This document shows positions 29,802 to 39,908 of a DNA stretch of 64,000 bases, in pieces. The stretch's first letter is position 1, and every line of letters begins with the position of its first letter. The position numbers were made by a program, and so were the translations under genes. The notes beneath the pieces are model-generated. The model worked only from the letters and a program-made list of their open reading frames with translations. It was not told the origin of the DNA and did no database searches. Source of the DNA: Porticoccaceae bacterium (lineage in GTDB: Bacteria; Bacteroidota; Bacteroidia; Flavobacteriales; Flavobacteriaceae); contig JBLIKQ010000001.1 of NCBI GenBank assembly GCA_047635475.1, forward strand, positions 7,818 to 71,817, in the 5' to 3' direction.

Positions 29802-30323
29802 ATGGGGTTTTTGGATATTGTTTTAGGTTCTTTACTTCTTTACGCCTTATACAAAGGTATAAAAAACGGGCTTTTTGTTGAGCTAGCCTCCCTGATTTCA
29901 TTATTGTTAGGGATCTATATAGCTATAAGATTCTCTTATATAGTCAGAGAAGTTCTTGCGGGTCATGTCTCTTGGTCCCCAAAATATATTGAGATAATCG
30001 CTTTTGGACTAACTTTTATAGCTGTTGTCCTTGCGGTACATGTATTAGCGAAGGTTTTTACTAAAATTATGGACTTCGCGTTTTTAGGATGGGTCAACAA
30101 ACTGGCGGGAGGACTTTTTAGTGTTATAAAAACCATTCTCATCTTGAGTATCCTATTCAATCTTTTTCAGAAAATCAACATCAATAATATGATTACCAAA
30201 GAAGAAACTCTCGACAACTCCATTTTTTATAATCCTATACAAGAGACTTCAAAATACATTTATCCCCCTCTAGAAAACTGGTATAATGATTTTAAACAGA
30301 AAAAAGAAAGCGACAAGGTTTAA
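29802..30323 (+). CDS. CvpA (colicin V production) family membrane protein
   Basis: LDIVL..KGIKNGLFVELASL, NKLAGGLF; about 4 TM helices. Confidence 0.88.
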   Translation: MGFLDIVLGSLLLYALYKGIKNGLFVELASLISLLLGIYIAIRFSYIVREVLAGHVSWSPKYIEIIAFGLTFIAVVLAVHVLAKVFTKIMDFAFLGWVNKLAGGLFSVIKTILILSILFNLFQKININNMITKEETLDNSIFYNPIQETSKYIYPPLENWYNDFKQKKESDKV

Positions 30324-30362
30324 AACCCATTTTTGCTCAAGCAATTAATTAAAAAGCTAAAA

Positions 30363-31106
30363 TTACTTCAGCTCTTTAATCGCTGATGTTTGAATCCAAC
30401 CTTCGGTACCGTCTGTTAACTGAATTTTCTTCCAGTTTTCTAATGTCTCTTTCACAAAAACCTTTGCACCTTCATGAAGTGTCACAACATTGGCAGCTAA
30501 TTTTTGAGGCTCAGCTTTCACCTCTACCATTTCAGCAAAAACTATAGCGGGTATTTCATTTTTATAATAACTTTTTTCGAAAATCGCTGCCGCAACGCTA
30601 ATAAGTAGCAAAACAAACATCATAAACATTCCTAAGAAAAATATTCTTTTGGATAGAGTCAATTGAGAAAAATAGTAGCCAATAAACGACAATAAAAACA
30701 ACCCAGAAAATGACACCGAAATCCACGCCCAAGTATTGTAGTCATAAATAGCGGTGAAATCCCTAAGTAATTTAGCGAAACCCACTTTAGGTATAACTTT
30801 TACCTCATCGATCGTACGCTTTTGAGCAAATCGTAAGTTCGCTAGCACTTCGCTGTCCTTTGGACTAAGTAGTAAGGCCTTTTCATAATTATAAATGGCT
30901 GGTGCCACCTTATTCAGTTTGTAATAGCTATTGCCGAGATTAAAATACAATTCAGCGGACTGTTTGTTGTCCCTCTCGACATTTTCGTATGCGGCAACCG
31001 CTTCATTATATTTAGCTTTTTGATATAGTTCATTAGCTGCTTCAAAACCATTTTGGGCAAAGAAAACTTGGGTAGTCAGTAATAGTATATAAAAAATATT
31101 TTTCAT
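30363..31106 (-). CDS. batE: BatE (TPR, TM and SH3 domains)
   Basis: YFNLGNSYYK TPR, two TMs, LHEGAKV..GTEGW SH3; last gene of the bat cluster. Confidence 0.88.
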   Translation of the reverse strand: MKNIFYILLLTTQVFFAQNGFEAANELYQKAKYNEAVAAYENVERDNKQSAELYFNLGNSYYKLNKVAPAIYNYEKALLLSPKDSEVLANLRFAQKRTIDEVKVIPKVGFAKLLRDFTAIYDYNTWAWISVSFSGLFLLSFIGYYFSQLTLSKRIFFLGMFMMFVLLLISVAAAIFEKSYYKNEIPAIVFAEMVEVKAEPQKLAANVVTLHEGAKVFVKETLENWKKIQLTDGTEGWIQTSAIKELK

Positions 31107-31112
31107 TTTATT

Positions 31113-31145
31113 TCAATTGTCAATTGTATTGCTGATTATCAATTG
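31113..31145. repeat. TCAATTG 7-nt units between batD and batE
   Basis: TCAATTG at 31113, 31120 and 31139. Confidence 0.45.
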
Positions 31146-32894
31146 TTATATCTGCTTTTCAAGCTCGGAGATTATTGCAACCGCCCTATCATAATCCTTT
31201 TGGATTGTAGTACTTGAGGCAGGAGCATATCTTGCTATTTCACAATTCTCAGTAAGAGCAATAAAATCGTTGACCCCTTCCGGACTTGCATTTTTCTCCA
31301 ATAATAATTCTTTAATATTATCCTTACTCATTTCCGAAGTTTCGATATATAGTTTCGCTTTCAAGAAATTATGCATGGCTTTTTCTAAGGCAACGTAAAA
31401 AGGCTCTTTATTTTTAATTTGTTTTTTGGCTTCCGATAAATATTTCTTGGCTAATTTGTTATTCCTTCTAATCCTATTACCTACAACATCTCCATCAATA
31501 GCTTCCTTTTTCTTTTTGAATAATACAATTAGCGGCAACATTAAAAACGGTAAACATACTAATCCGTAATATAACTGAGAACCAAAGAAATCGTCTTGAG
31601 ACTTTGAGATCAGATTCGTTTTTAGTTTAATGAACTTAAATTGTTCCAGGCTAGAAATTTTATTCCTACCAATTTCAGAATTTGTCTTTTCGACAATTCT
31701 AGTATCGATAGGACCCTCAAGCACATTGATCATTACCACAGCAGAGTTTATGGTTTTATAAGTTCTTGTACCCAAATCGAAGTAGGAAAACTGCATCGAT
31801 TTTACAGGGTAGTTTCCTTTATACTGTGGAACTATTGTATAGCTCTCCGAGACCTTTCCAGACATTCCCGCCAAGGAAGTATTTACACGCTCGCTATGAA
31901 CGGGATCATACATTTCCAATGCATTAGGAATTACGGGTTTCGGCAAATTGAACAATTTCATATTTCCTTTACCGGTAACACTTACTATTAAATCAAGGCT
32001 TTCCCCGTTTTTCAGACTTGTTTTTGTTGGCGTAACTTTAAAATCAAAATTACCAACAGCTCCTGAAAAATCCTCCGGTTTTCCTTTTTCTGGAAGCGCT
32101 TTCACCGTTATGGTTTTTGCTCCAGCAGATACCCTTTTATTATCCTCGGTCAAGACCATTCTCCCAAAAACGTCTCTTCGATTGCTAGGCAGTTGCACAT
32201 CAATATCCATTGATAACGGCTCGATATCAAGCTTACCCGATTTTTGGGGATACAACACTACTTTTTTTAATACAACATAGCGGTAATTCTGACCTTTAAA
32301 CATTCCCTCTTCGGCTACAAGTTGTTTTATCTCGATGTTTTGACTCCAAAAATCATTGAATTTAGGCTTGTTTAATTCTCTAAAATTAGAAATTCCCACA
32401 TTTGTAAAATACAGTTTGTAAACTATTGTAATCGGCTCGTTGACATAAGGATTCATTTTAGAAATATCTGCAACCAAATATATATTATTGTCTGCTGAAA
32501 CGCTAGTGTCATTTGGGTCTTTAGGTTGTTCAACAGCTGCCGTGACGTTGATTTTTATTGGAGATGTCTTATATAGCTGTCCATTATATTCAATTGTCGC
32601 TTGCTTGATCACCAAAGGTCCTTTTTGATTTGGCAAAAGGTAATAGGAATAGATCTTCTCAAAAGAACTTCTACCATTTACCCATGACTGGCTCACTTGC
32701 TGACTAGGCCCGGCAATTATCCTAAATCCATCAAAAGAGGGTTCACTAAAGTTATCGCCATCAATATTCATGACAAAATCAACACGAAGTCTTTCGTTTA
32801 ATCCAAGTGTTGCTTTACTGACCTTTGCTTCAAATTGTACTTGAGCCAAAAGTCCTTGAAAACTGATCAGTATTAAAATCAAATATCTATTCAT
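31146..32894 (-). CDS. batD: BatD
   Basis: Signal peptide, GPSQ, FSGAVG, TM, C-terminal CEIARYAP; operon position. Confidence 0.9.
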   Translation of the reverse strand: MNRYLILILISFQGLLAQVQFEAKVSKATLGLNERLRVDFVMNIDGDNFSEPSFDGFRIIAGPSQQVSQSWVNGRSSFEKIYSYYLLPNQKGPLVIKQATIEYNGQLYKTSPIKINVTAAVEQPKDPNDTSVSADNNIYLVADISKMNPYVNEPITIVYKLYFTNVGISNFRELNKPKFNDFWSQNIEIKQLVAEEGMFKGQNYRYVVLKKVVLYPQKSGKLDIEPLSMDIDVQLPSNRRDVFGRMVLTEDNKRVSAGAKTITVKALPEKGKPEDFSGAVGNFDFKVTPTKTSLKNGESLDLIVSVTGKGNMKLFNLPKPVIPNALEMYDPVHSERVNTSLAGMSGKVSESYTIVPQYKGNYPVKSMQFSYFDLGTRTYKTINSAVVMINVLEGPIDTRIVEKTNSEIGRNKISSLEQFKFIKLKTNLISKSQDDFFGSQLYYGLVCLPFLMLPLIVLFKKKKEAIDGDVVGNRIRRNNKLAKKYLSEAKKQIKNKEPFYVALEKAMHNFLKAKLYIETSEMSKDNIKELLLEKNASPEGVNDFIALTENCEIARYAPASSTTIQKDYDRAVAIISELEKQI

Positions 32895-32975
32895 TTTCTT
32901 ATTCAATCTTTGCTTATCGGATATATATTAAGTTCTACTATTGCTTTATTGAATTTACCAAACAGACAAAACTGA

Positions 32976-33752
32976 TTACCAATCTTTCTCGGTTTTCGTT
33001 GGTTTTCCTTTTACCTTTGAAGCGTTTACTTTGTCTTGAACTTTCTTTTCTTCATTACTGACGGCGTCCAGAAGACTTTCTAATCTCTGTTTAGAAATTC
33101 CGCCTGGCGCTGGCTTTGGTTTTTCTTCATCTTTCGATTTGTCATCCTTGTTTTTTCCGTCTTTATCTTTTTCGTCTTGCTTATCCTTGTCCTTGTCGCC
33201 CTTGTCGTCTTTTTTATCTTTATCCTTGTTTTCTTTGTCTTTTTTATCTTTATCCTTATCTTTTTTGTCCTTGTCCTTTTTATCTTTATCCTTATCGTCT
33301 TTCGGAGGGTTTTCCTTAAGCATCTTTTTGGCCAATGCATAATTGTACCTCGTTTCATCGTCCGAAGGCTTATTGCGCAGTGCATTTTTATATGCTTCGA
33401 CGGCCTCAGTATAATTCTTTTCCTTCATAAATACATTTCCTAGATTGTGGTATGCTTTATGTTTTTGAGGTCTGGTTTTGGCATTTTTAATTGATTTTGC
33501 ATATGCAAACTTTGCTTCTGAAACCTGATTTTGCTTGTATATGGTATTTCCTAAATTATAGGAAGCAATTGTTCTGTTTGGAAACTTTGAATTCGAAATC
33601 CTATAATTAGCCTCAGCCTCAGCAAATTTACTATCTCCATATTCCGCGTTTGCTTTAGCTAAACTTTTATCCTTCTCTTGTGCATATAAACCTGCCATTC
33701 CCCAAACGAGAAAAAAGAAAGAGGCCAATATGTGTTTTTTACTGTTTTTCAT
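32976..33752 (-). CDS. batC: BatC TPR protein
   Basis: YNLGN TPRs, ETRYNYALA, Lys/Asp tract, EKDW C-terminus. Confidence 0.9.
   Translation of the reverse strand: MKNSKKHILASFFFLVWGMAGLYAQEKDKSLAKANAEYGDSKFAEAEANYRISNSKFPNRTIASYNLGNTIYKQNQVSEAKFAYAKSIKNAKTRPQKHKAYHNLGNVFMKEKNYTEAVEAYKNALRNKPSDDETRYNYALAKKMLKENPPKDDKDKDKKDKDKKDKDKDKKDKENKDKDKKDDKGDKDKDKQDEKDKDGKNKDDKSKDEEKPKPAPGGISKQRLESLLDAVSNEEKKVQDKVNASKVKGKPTKTEKDW
33130..33303 (-). repeat. Low-complexity Lys/Asp coding repeat in batC
   Basis: KDDKDKDKKDKDKKDKDKDKKDK.. encoded by AAR-GAY repeats. Confidence 0.9.
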
Positions 33753-33805
33753 TTTATTTTAATTCTATTAATCCTAGTAAGACTAAACTTTTAATAAGTC
33801 GTCAT

Positions 33806-34840
33806 TTACTTTCCTTCATTAAATAAATTCAACCTCCTAACCCAGTTGGTTTTTCCTTCCAGCAAGAAGAAATCTAAAAACAACAACACAAACGAGATTC
33901 CAAGGAACCATTGAAATTGCGACTGAAAATCCGCCATCTGCGTGGATTCAAATTCTGTTTTTTGAATTTTATCTAGGTTGGTCTTTATGTATTCCAGCAC
34001 TTCCTTAGTGTTATTTCCGTTTACATAACCGCCTTTAGTAGCCTTAGCTATGGCTTCTAAGCTGGCACGGTTTAATTTCGTCACAACAACCTGATCATTA
34101 TTGTCCCGTTGATAGCTCTGAACAATTCCGTTCTTCTTTAAAGGAATAGTCCCCCCTTTTTCAGTTCCAAGTCCTACTGTAATAATCCTCATTCCCTGCC
34201 TATTGGCTTCCTCTGCTGCTGCCTGCGCCCCCTCAGAATGGTCTTCTCCGTCCGAAATCAAAATCAACAACTTACTTGTTTTGCTTTTATCATCAAAATA
34301 CGTCGCCGACAATTTTATGGCTTCACCAAGAGAGGTTCCTTGAGACGAAACCATTTCGGTATTCATGCTTTGCAAAAACATTTTAGCCACGCTGTAATCA
34401 GTGGTTATCGGCAAAACTGGAAACGCACTTCCTGCATAAGCTACAATCCCGATTCTGTCACTTCCTAATTGGTTTATGATTTGCGAAACAATCTGTTTAC
34501 TTTTTTCCAAGCGGCTAGGGGCCACATCTTCTGCAAGCATACTTTTAGAAATATCCATCGCAAAAACGATATCAATTCCTTCTCGTTTGACTGTTTCCAT
34601 TTTGGTCCCTATTTTTGGATTTACCAATCCTAGTATTAATCCTGCCAATGCCAAAAGGATTATTACCAATTTAAAAGTAGGTTTAAAAGTAGACCGCTCC
34701 GGACTTAAGCTTTTTATAGCATCCAGATCTCCAAACTCACGCTGCTTTTTTCGTTTCCAATATAAATTGAATAAAAATAACAACACTACTAACGGTAGTA
34801 TGAAAAGCAGGTATAAATATTTTTTTTCGTCTAATTCCAT
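33806..34840 (-). CDS. batB: BatB VWA-domain protein
   Basis: DISKSM MIDAS, ISDGEDH; start ATG 34840. Confidence 0.9.
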   Translation of the reverse strand: MELDEKKYLYLLFILPLVVLLFLFNLYWKRKKQREFGDLDAIKSLSPERSTFKPTFKLVIILLALAGLILGLVNPKIGTKMETVKREGIDIVFAMDISKSMLAEDVAPSRLEKSKQIVSQIINQLGSDRIGIVAYAGSAFPVLPITTDYSVAKMFLQSMNTEMVSSQGTSLGEAIKLSATYFDDKSKTSKLLILISDGEDHSEGAQAAAEEANRQGMRIITVGLGTEKGGTIPLKKNGIVQSYQRDNNDQVVVTKLNRASLEAIAKATKGGYVNGNNTKEVLEYIKTNLDKIQKTEFESTQMADFQSQFQWFLGISFVLLFLDFFLLEGKTNWVRRLNLFNEGK

Positions 34841-34929
34841 ATTTTTTATTAATTCCCATTCCAACTTTCTTACTTGCAACCTAAAATAGGGAAGTTCTTA
34901 ACTTTATCTGTTCTTCCAAAATCCGAAGA

Positions 34930-35931
34930 TCAAATGAAGCTTTTGTACACTGTATTTCTTAAACCAATTTCTGCCAACAATAAAAAACCTGCCAGCCAAA
35001 CAAAAGGTCTGTATTTCTCGTCATAATCATAGAATTTCAACTCTTCGATTTCGGTAGTTTCCAATTTGTTGATTTCTCCATAAATTTCAGCAAGTTTACT
35101 ATTGCTTGTTGCCCGAAAATAACGACCGTCTGTTTTTTTGGCGATACTTTTCATGAGTCTCTCATCAATTTCCACTTTCATCATCTGGAATAAAAACTGA
35201 CCATTTGAAGCGACTGCATAAGGAGATTCTGCCATACCGTTTGTTCCTATTCCTATAGTGTATACTTTTATTCCATATTGTTTGGCAATATCTGCTGCCG
35301 TTTCTGGCTCGATAAAACCGGCATTATTAACTCCATCAGTCAAAAGAATAATCACTTTACTTTTGGCTTTACTGTCTTTCAATCTGTTTACCGCCGTGGC
35401 TAACCCCATCCCTATACCTGTTCCATCTTGTAAAACATTGTCATATTTTATGCCCTTAATTGCTTCAAGAACAACTGCTTTGTCACTGGTAACTGGTGTT
35501 TTCGTATAAGCTTCAGACGCATAAACTACAAGTCCTATTCTATCGTTTGGTCTTTCGTCCGCAAAATCAGCCGCTACCCTTTTTAGGGCTTCCATTCGGT
35601 TTGGTTTCAAATCTTTAGCCAGCATACTACCAGAAACGTCTACCGCCATAACGATATCGATTCCCTTTGTCGTTTTTGTTTGATTACTTATGTCTACCGT
35701 TCTTGGTCTTGCCATAGCTATAATTAAGGAGCTTAAAGCCAATAATCGAAATACGCTCAAAAATGGTTTCAGCCTTGCCAATACAGAAGTTGATCCTTTG
35801 AACCCTTGAATTGAACTAATTTTTAAAGTGACAGCTTGGTTGTTTCTTTTGAAAACCAGCCAGAGAATGGCAATTGGAATCAATAGAAACAGCCAGAAGA
35901 ATTCAGGATTTAAAAAAGTTATTTTACTCAT
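34930..35931 (-). CDS. batA: BatA VWA-domain protein
   Basis: IAMARP, DVSGSM MIDAS, LLTDGVNNAG. Confidence 0.92.
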   Translation of the reverse strand: MSKITFLNPEFFWLFLLIPIAILWLVFKRNNQAVTLKISSIQGFKGSTSVLARLKPFLSVFRLLALSSLIIAMARPRTVDISNQTKTTKGIDIVMAVDVSGSMLAKDLKPNRMEALKRVAADFADERPNDRIGLVVYASEAYTKTPVTSDKAVVLEAIKGIKYDNVLQDGTGIGMGLATAVNRLKDSKAKSKVIILLTDGVNNAGFIEPETAADIAKQYGIKVYTIGIGTNGMAESPYAVASNGQFLFQMMKVEIDERLMKSIAKKTDGRYFRATSNSKLAEIYGEINKLETTEIEELKFYDYDEKYRPFVWLAGFLLLAEIGLRNTVYKSFI

Positions 35932-37565
35932 TATTTACTTAATTGTATTAATTCTACTGAGCTCATCACTCGCTCCGCTATTTCGTTTGCATAAGAATCG
36001 CCGTCTTCGTGAAAAAACATAATTTGTTGTAATCCTCCCTGCTGACTAAATAATACTACTTCGTAATATAATTTTTCGCGTCCTACTAACTTGTCATTTA
36101 CTCTTGAGAAAGTTCCATATCCTTTTATCCCAGTTATACCTTCTTTGGTCTCAAAATCTTCTTGTTTCACAATCATGTTCTGTGCCCCTTGAAATTCTAA
36201 GGTCTGTAAGCTAACTTCTAAGGATTTTTTTAAATCCACTGCCGTTGTGTCCTGTTTGTATTTCAGAGTAGAAACCATCAGATAAAAATTATCAGAAACA
36301 CCTCCGTAGGCAAAAGAATTCATCTCTTTAATAAGAGCCAATCCGTTTTTCGGCAAAGACTTTGTCAAATCGGTTCTTCTGAGTACTTCCGGAGTTTCTA
36401 TGCTAACCCCTGGGTTTCCGTAAGTGCTTTTTACCCATTCCCCTTCCAATAATTCTTTGCTTGAATTTCCGATTATTGTGTCTTTTACATAGGTAAAACC
36501 TTTAGTTACGACAAAATAACCCGTTGTAGCCAGCAGCAGCAAAAGAACTGACGCTGCTGCAATAAGAATACGTCTTTTTTTCTTTTTTCTTAATTGGACT
36601 AGAATCTGTTTTTGCTTTTGTGCTTCATTTAGTATCGCATCTTCTTCAATTTCCAGCTCAATAGGGATAGAGCTGTCTAATGTTAGAATTGCTTTTTGTA
36701 TTTTACTCCTATCTTCCGATATTTCGTAATCTAAAGGTTTTGACTTGGCAAATTTCACTAAATCTGCTTGTTTCAAAACCCTTTCTAAGTTTTCTATAGT
36801 TTCCTGTGAAACTTTCATTTTTTTCCTAACTGAAGCAGCTCTAAGTCCTAGCATCAGCTCTGAAGTAGTACTTTCCATAGCAGGAATTTCTATCGCTTCC
36901 TCAATATAATTTCTGGCAATATCAGTTAATTCGCTGTAATAAGCTTTAACCTCTCCCTTTTGCCAAAGCTCTTTCTTCTCTAGACTATTTAATAGGCTGG
37001 TGGCTTTTTCAATAGGAGTCCTATATACTTCTTCCTCAATCTTTTTCTTTTGCTTCTTTTTTACAAACCAATAAACTAATGTCCCAGTACCAATTATCAA
37101 AGCCAGTATTAATAAATATTTCCACCAGTTCCCTAACGAACTTTTAACCGGCGTAATATCCTTAATGTCGTACATTTTTTGTTTCAATGTGTCTACCTCA
37201 ACATTCGCAACTTCCACCAACAGCGAATCCGTCATATAAAGTTTACTGTTAATGAAAATCTTTATACTAGGAATAGTATATTTTCCAGAATCAAATTGCG
37301 TCAATCCGTATTTCTTGATTAATTCATAGCGATCGTCTTTCTTAACCGTGTCAATAGGGTAAGACTGAATCACTTCGAGAGCACCAATATTTTTGAGATT
37401 CGGAAAAATAACTTTGGATAAAGTATCAACGGAAGTTTTTATCGTTAGTTTAAACTCGGCACCAATCCTGTTTTTTATTGTATCTATACTTGTTTCAGGC
37501 CTTTTTTGTTGAGCAAAAATAGCACTGGAAAGCAGCAATATTAGTAGATATATGTTTTTTTTCAT
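35931..37565 (-). CDS. Bat-cluster conserved membrane protein (BatD-like N-terminus)
   Basis: Signal peptide, YDIK, TM, YYSELTDIARNYIE, ADLVKFAK; lies between DUF58 and batA. Confidence 0.8.
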   Translation of the reverse strand: MKKNIYLLILLLSSAIFAQQKRPETSIDTIKNRIGAEFKLTIKTSVDTLSKVIFPNLKNIGALEVIQSYPIDTVKKDDRYELIKKYGLTQFDSGKYTIPSIKIFINSKLYMTDSLLVEVANVEVDTLKQKMYDIKDITPVKSSLGNWWKYLLILALIIGTGTLVYWFVKKKQKKKIEEEVYRTPIEKATSLLNSLEKKELWQKGEVKAYYSELTDIARNYIEEAIEIPAMESTTSELMLGLRAASVRKKMKVSQETIENLERVLKQADLVKFAKSKPLDYEISEDRSKIQKAILTLDSSIPIELEIEEDAILNEAQKQKQILVQLRKKKKRRILIAAASVLLLLLATTGYFVVTKGFTYVKDTIIGNSSKELLEGEWVKSTYGNPGVSIETPEVLRRTDLTKSLPKNGLALIKEMNSFAYGGVSDNFYLMVSTLKYKQDTTAVDLKKSLEVSLQTLEFQGAQNMIVKQEDFETKEGITGIKGYGTFSRVNDKLVGREKLYYEVVLFSQQGGLQQIMFFHEDGDSYANEIAERVMSSVELIQLSK

Positions 37566-37570
37566 ATTTT

Positions 37571-37745
37571 ATTTTCGAAATTTTAGACTTTTGATTATCA
37601 ATCTTTAATTTCAGATCTATCTAAAATCATGATTTATTTTTATATCTAAAATCTTAGTTATTTCAAATCTATTGATCTGTTTTCTAGTTCTTACTTATTC
37701 ATTTGTTGCTTTTATTTTCAATCTGAAATCGTTAATGCTAAATCT
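37571..37745. repeat. Spacer rich in degenerate TTTTAGA/AATCTAA-type 7-nt units
   Basis: TTTTAGA CTTTTGA at left; AATCTGA AATCGTT AATGCTA AATCT (37720-37745) at right; ATCTAAAATC occurs twice. Confidence 0.5.
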
Positions 37746-38609
37746 TTATCTCGATTTAAAATATCCTAGCAATTTGGTTACATAACTTTCATCAACTCTT
37801 GTATTAACAACCCCCGAACCTGACTTGCTGAAAGTTTCCTTAAAATAGTTTACTTTATCCCTATAATATTTTTCATAGTTGAGTCGAACTGTCTTTGAAC
37901 TAGTATTAATCAACTGCGTTTCGCCCGTTTCTGCATCAAGCATCGAAACCATACCAATATTGGGCATCTTTTCTTCCCGAATATCATATACTCTAATACC
38001 CGTAATATCATGTTTCTTGGACGCTATTTTCAAGGTTTGCTCATAGTCTTCAGACATGAAATCAGAAATCATAAATACAATTGCCTTCTTCTTTTGCGTA
38101 CTTGACAAAAACTTCAATGCCCCGGCAATATCGGTTTTATAGCTGTTAGGCTTAAATTCAATCAATTCTCGTATGATTCGCAATACGTGAGACCGTCCTT
38201 TTTTGGGTGGAATATATAATTCGATTTGGTCTGAAAATAAAATCAATCCTATTTTATCATTGTTTTGCGTGGCTGAAAAAGCCATTGTCGCGGCAATTTC
38301 AGTAACAATCTCTTTCTTAGATTGTTTTTTGGAACCAAAACTCTCAGAACCTGAAATATCAACCATCAACATCATCGTTAATTCTCGCTCTTCTTCAAAA
38401 ACTTTGACATGCGCTTCGTTATAACGCGCCGTTACATTCCAGTCTATAGCACGAATGTCATCTCCATACTGATATTGACGCACTTCACTGAACGTCATTC
38501 CACGGCCCTTGAATGAGGTATGATATTCCCCCGAAAAGATATGATCACTCAATCTTCGGGTTTTAATTTCTATTTTACGTACTTTCTTTAAAAGCTCTTT
38601 TGTATCCAT
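37746..38609 (-). CDS. DUF58 protein
   Basis: FKGRGMTFSEVRQYQYGDDIRAIDWNVTAR, DISGS, ISDF. Confidence 0.95.
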   Translation of the reverse strand: MDTKELLKKVRKIEIKTRRLSDHIFSGEYHTSFKGRGMTFSEVRQYQYGDDIRAIDWNVTARYNEAHVKVFEEERELTMMLMVDISGSESFGSKKQSKKEIVTEIAATMAFSATQNNDKIGLILFSDQIELYIPPKKGRSHVLRIIRELIEFKPNSYKTDIAGALKFLSSTQKKKAIVFMISDFMSEDYEQTLKIASKKHDITGIRVYDIREEKMPNIGMVSMLDAETGETQLINTSSKTVRLNYEKYYRDKVNYFKETFSKSGSGVVNTRVDESYVTKLLGYFKSR

Positions 38610-38616
38610 TCTATCA

Positions 38617-38690
38617 TTTGTTTAAAGTTTACAAGTTTAATGTCTCAAGTTTGTCATTCAACAACCTGAAAATTTAAACATCAAACAAAC
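38617..38690. repeat. Inverted pair of GTTTAAA/TTTAAAC-type 7-nt arrays
   Basis: TTT GTTTAAA GTTTACAA GTTTAAT GTCTCAA GTT, short spacer, then AAC CTGAAAA TTTAAAC ATCAAAC AAAC. Confidence 0.7.
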
Positions 38691-38691
38691 T

Positions 38692-39696
38692 TTAAGGTAC
38701 TTCTACTTCGTTGATGATTTTATTAATGATATCAACAGAAGTAATGTTTTCTGCTTCCGCTTCATAAGTAATACCGACTCTGTGACGCAAAACATCATGA
38801 ACAACAGCACGAACATCCTCTGGGATAACATAACCACGACGTTTTATGAAAGCATAACATTTGGCCGCATTAGCTAAATTGATACTTCCACGTGGCGAAG
38901 CTCCAAAACTTATTAATGGTTTCAAATCGGCTAGCTTATATTTCTCTGGAAAACGAGTGGCAAAAACAATATCAAGAATATATTTTTCTATTTTTTCATC
39001 CATATAGACTTCTCGAACTGCTTCTTGTGCCCGTAAAATCTGTTCCACAGAAACCACTTGATTCACTTTCTCATAGTTTCCTTTTAGATTTTGACGCATA
39101 ACTAGGCGCTCTTCATCCATTTTAGGATAATCGATAACTGTTTTCAACATAAAACGATCGACTTGCGCTTCCGGTAGTTGGTATGTTCCCTCTTGTTCTA
39201 TAGGGTTCTGAGTGGCCAAAACTAGGAAAGGTCTGTCTAACTTAAAAGTGGTATCGCCAATGGTTACTTGCTTTTCCTGCATCGCTTCCAATAATGCTGA
39301 TTGCACTTTGGCTGGCGCACGGTTAATCTCATCGGCTAAGACAAAGTTGGCAAAAATAGGCCCCTTTTTAATAGAGAATTCATTTTGTTTAATATTGTAA
39401 ATCATAGTTCCTACAACATCTGCAGGCAATAAATCAGGGGTAAACTGGATTCTACTGAATGAACCATGCACAGCTTGTGAGAGTGTGTTTATAGCCAGTG
39501 TCTTTGCTAATCCCGGGACCCCTTCTAATAAAATATGTCCCTGACCCAAAAGTCCAATTAGTAATCGCTCAATCATGTGTTTTTGACCCACAATCACTTT
39601 ATTCATTTCCATAGTCAGGAGGTCGATAAAAGCGCTCTCTCTCTCTATTTTTTCATTGATTGCTCTAATGTCTAAAGTCGATGTATTTTCTTCCAT
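38692..39696 (-). CDS. moxR: MoxR family AAA+ ATPase
   Basis: LEGVPGLAKT, RIQFTPDLLPAD, LADEINRAPAKVQSALLE, ATQNPIEQEGTY.LPEAQ.DRF. Confidence 0.96.
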   Translation of the reverse strand: MEENTSTLDIRAINEKIERESAFIDLLTMEMNKVIVGQKHMIERLLIGLLGQGHILLEGVPGLAKTLAINTLSQAVHGSFSRIQFTPDLLPADVVGTMIYNIKQNEFSIKKGPIFANFVLADEINRAPAKVQSALLEAMQEKQVTIGDTTFKLDRPFLVLATQNPIEQEGTYQLPEAQVDRFMLKTVIDYPKMDEERLVMRQNLKGNYEKVNQVVSVEQILRAQEAVREVYMDEKIEKYILDIVFATRFPEKYKLADLKPLISFGASPRGSINLANAAKCYAFIKRRGYVIPEDVRAVVHDVLRHRVGITYEAEAENITSVDIINKIINEVEVP

Positions 39697-39908
39697 ATTG
39701 ATATTTTTAAAACCTTGAATTTAATGCCTTACTTTTGAGAGTGCAAATTGAATTAATTTTTACACGTAAGATGTTAATAAATGGTTAAAACTTCCTTCAT
39801 TACTCCAATTTTAAGGTTGAATTATGATACAATTTTTATATTTTTAAGAACTTTAAAAAATATACTTCGGAATCGCAGAATTACCAATTTCAGTAAAAAA
39901 TAAAAACC

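Noticed and set aside
33080-33443. Four overlapping ORFs with odd composition
   Set aside because: Alternative-frame and antisense shadows of the BatC Lys/Asp repeat
34851-34900. Possible heptamer array between batA and batB (also 40782-40830 and 52830-52880)
   Set aside because: Too degenerate to distinguish from background by eye
30363-39696. moxR-DUF58-batABCDE as a novel system
   Set aside because: Already described Bacteroidota aerotolerance (Bat) cluster in its usual order
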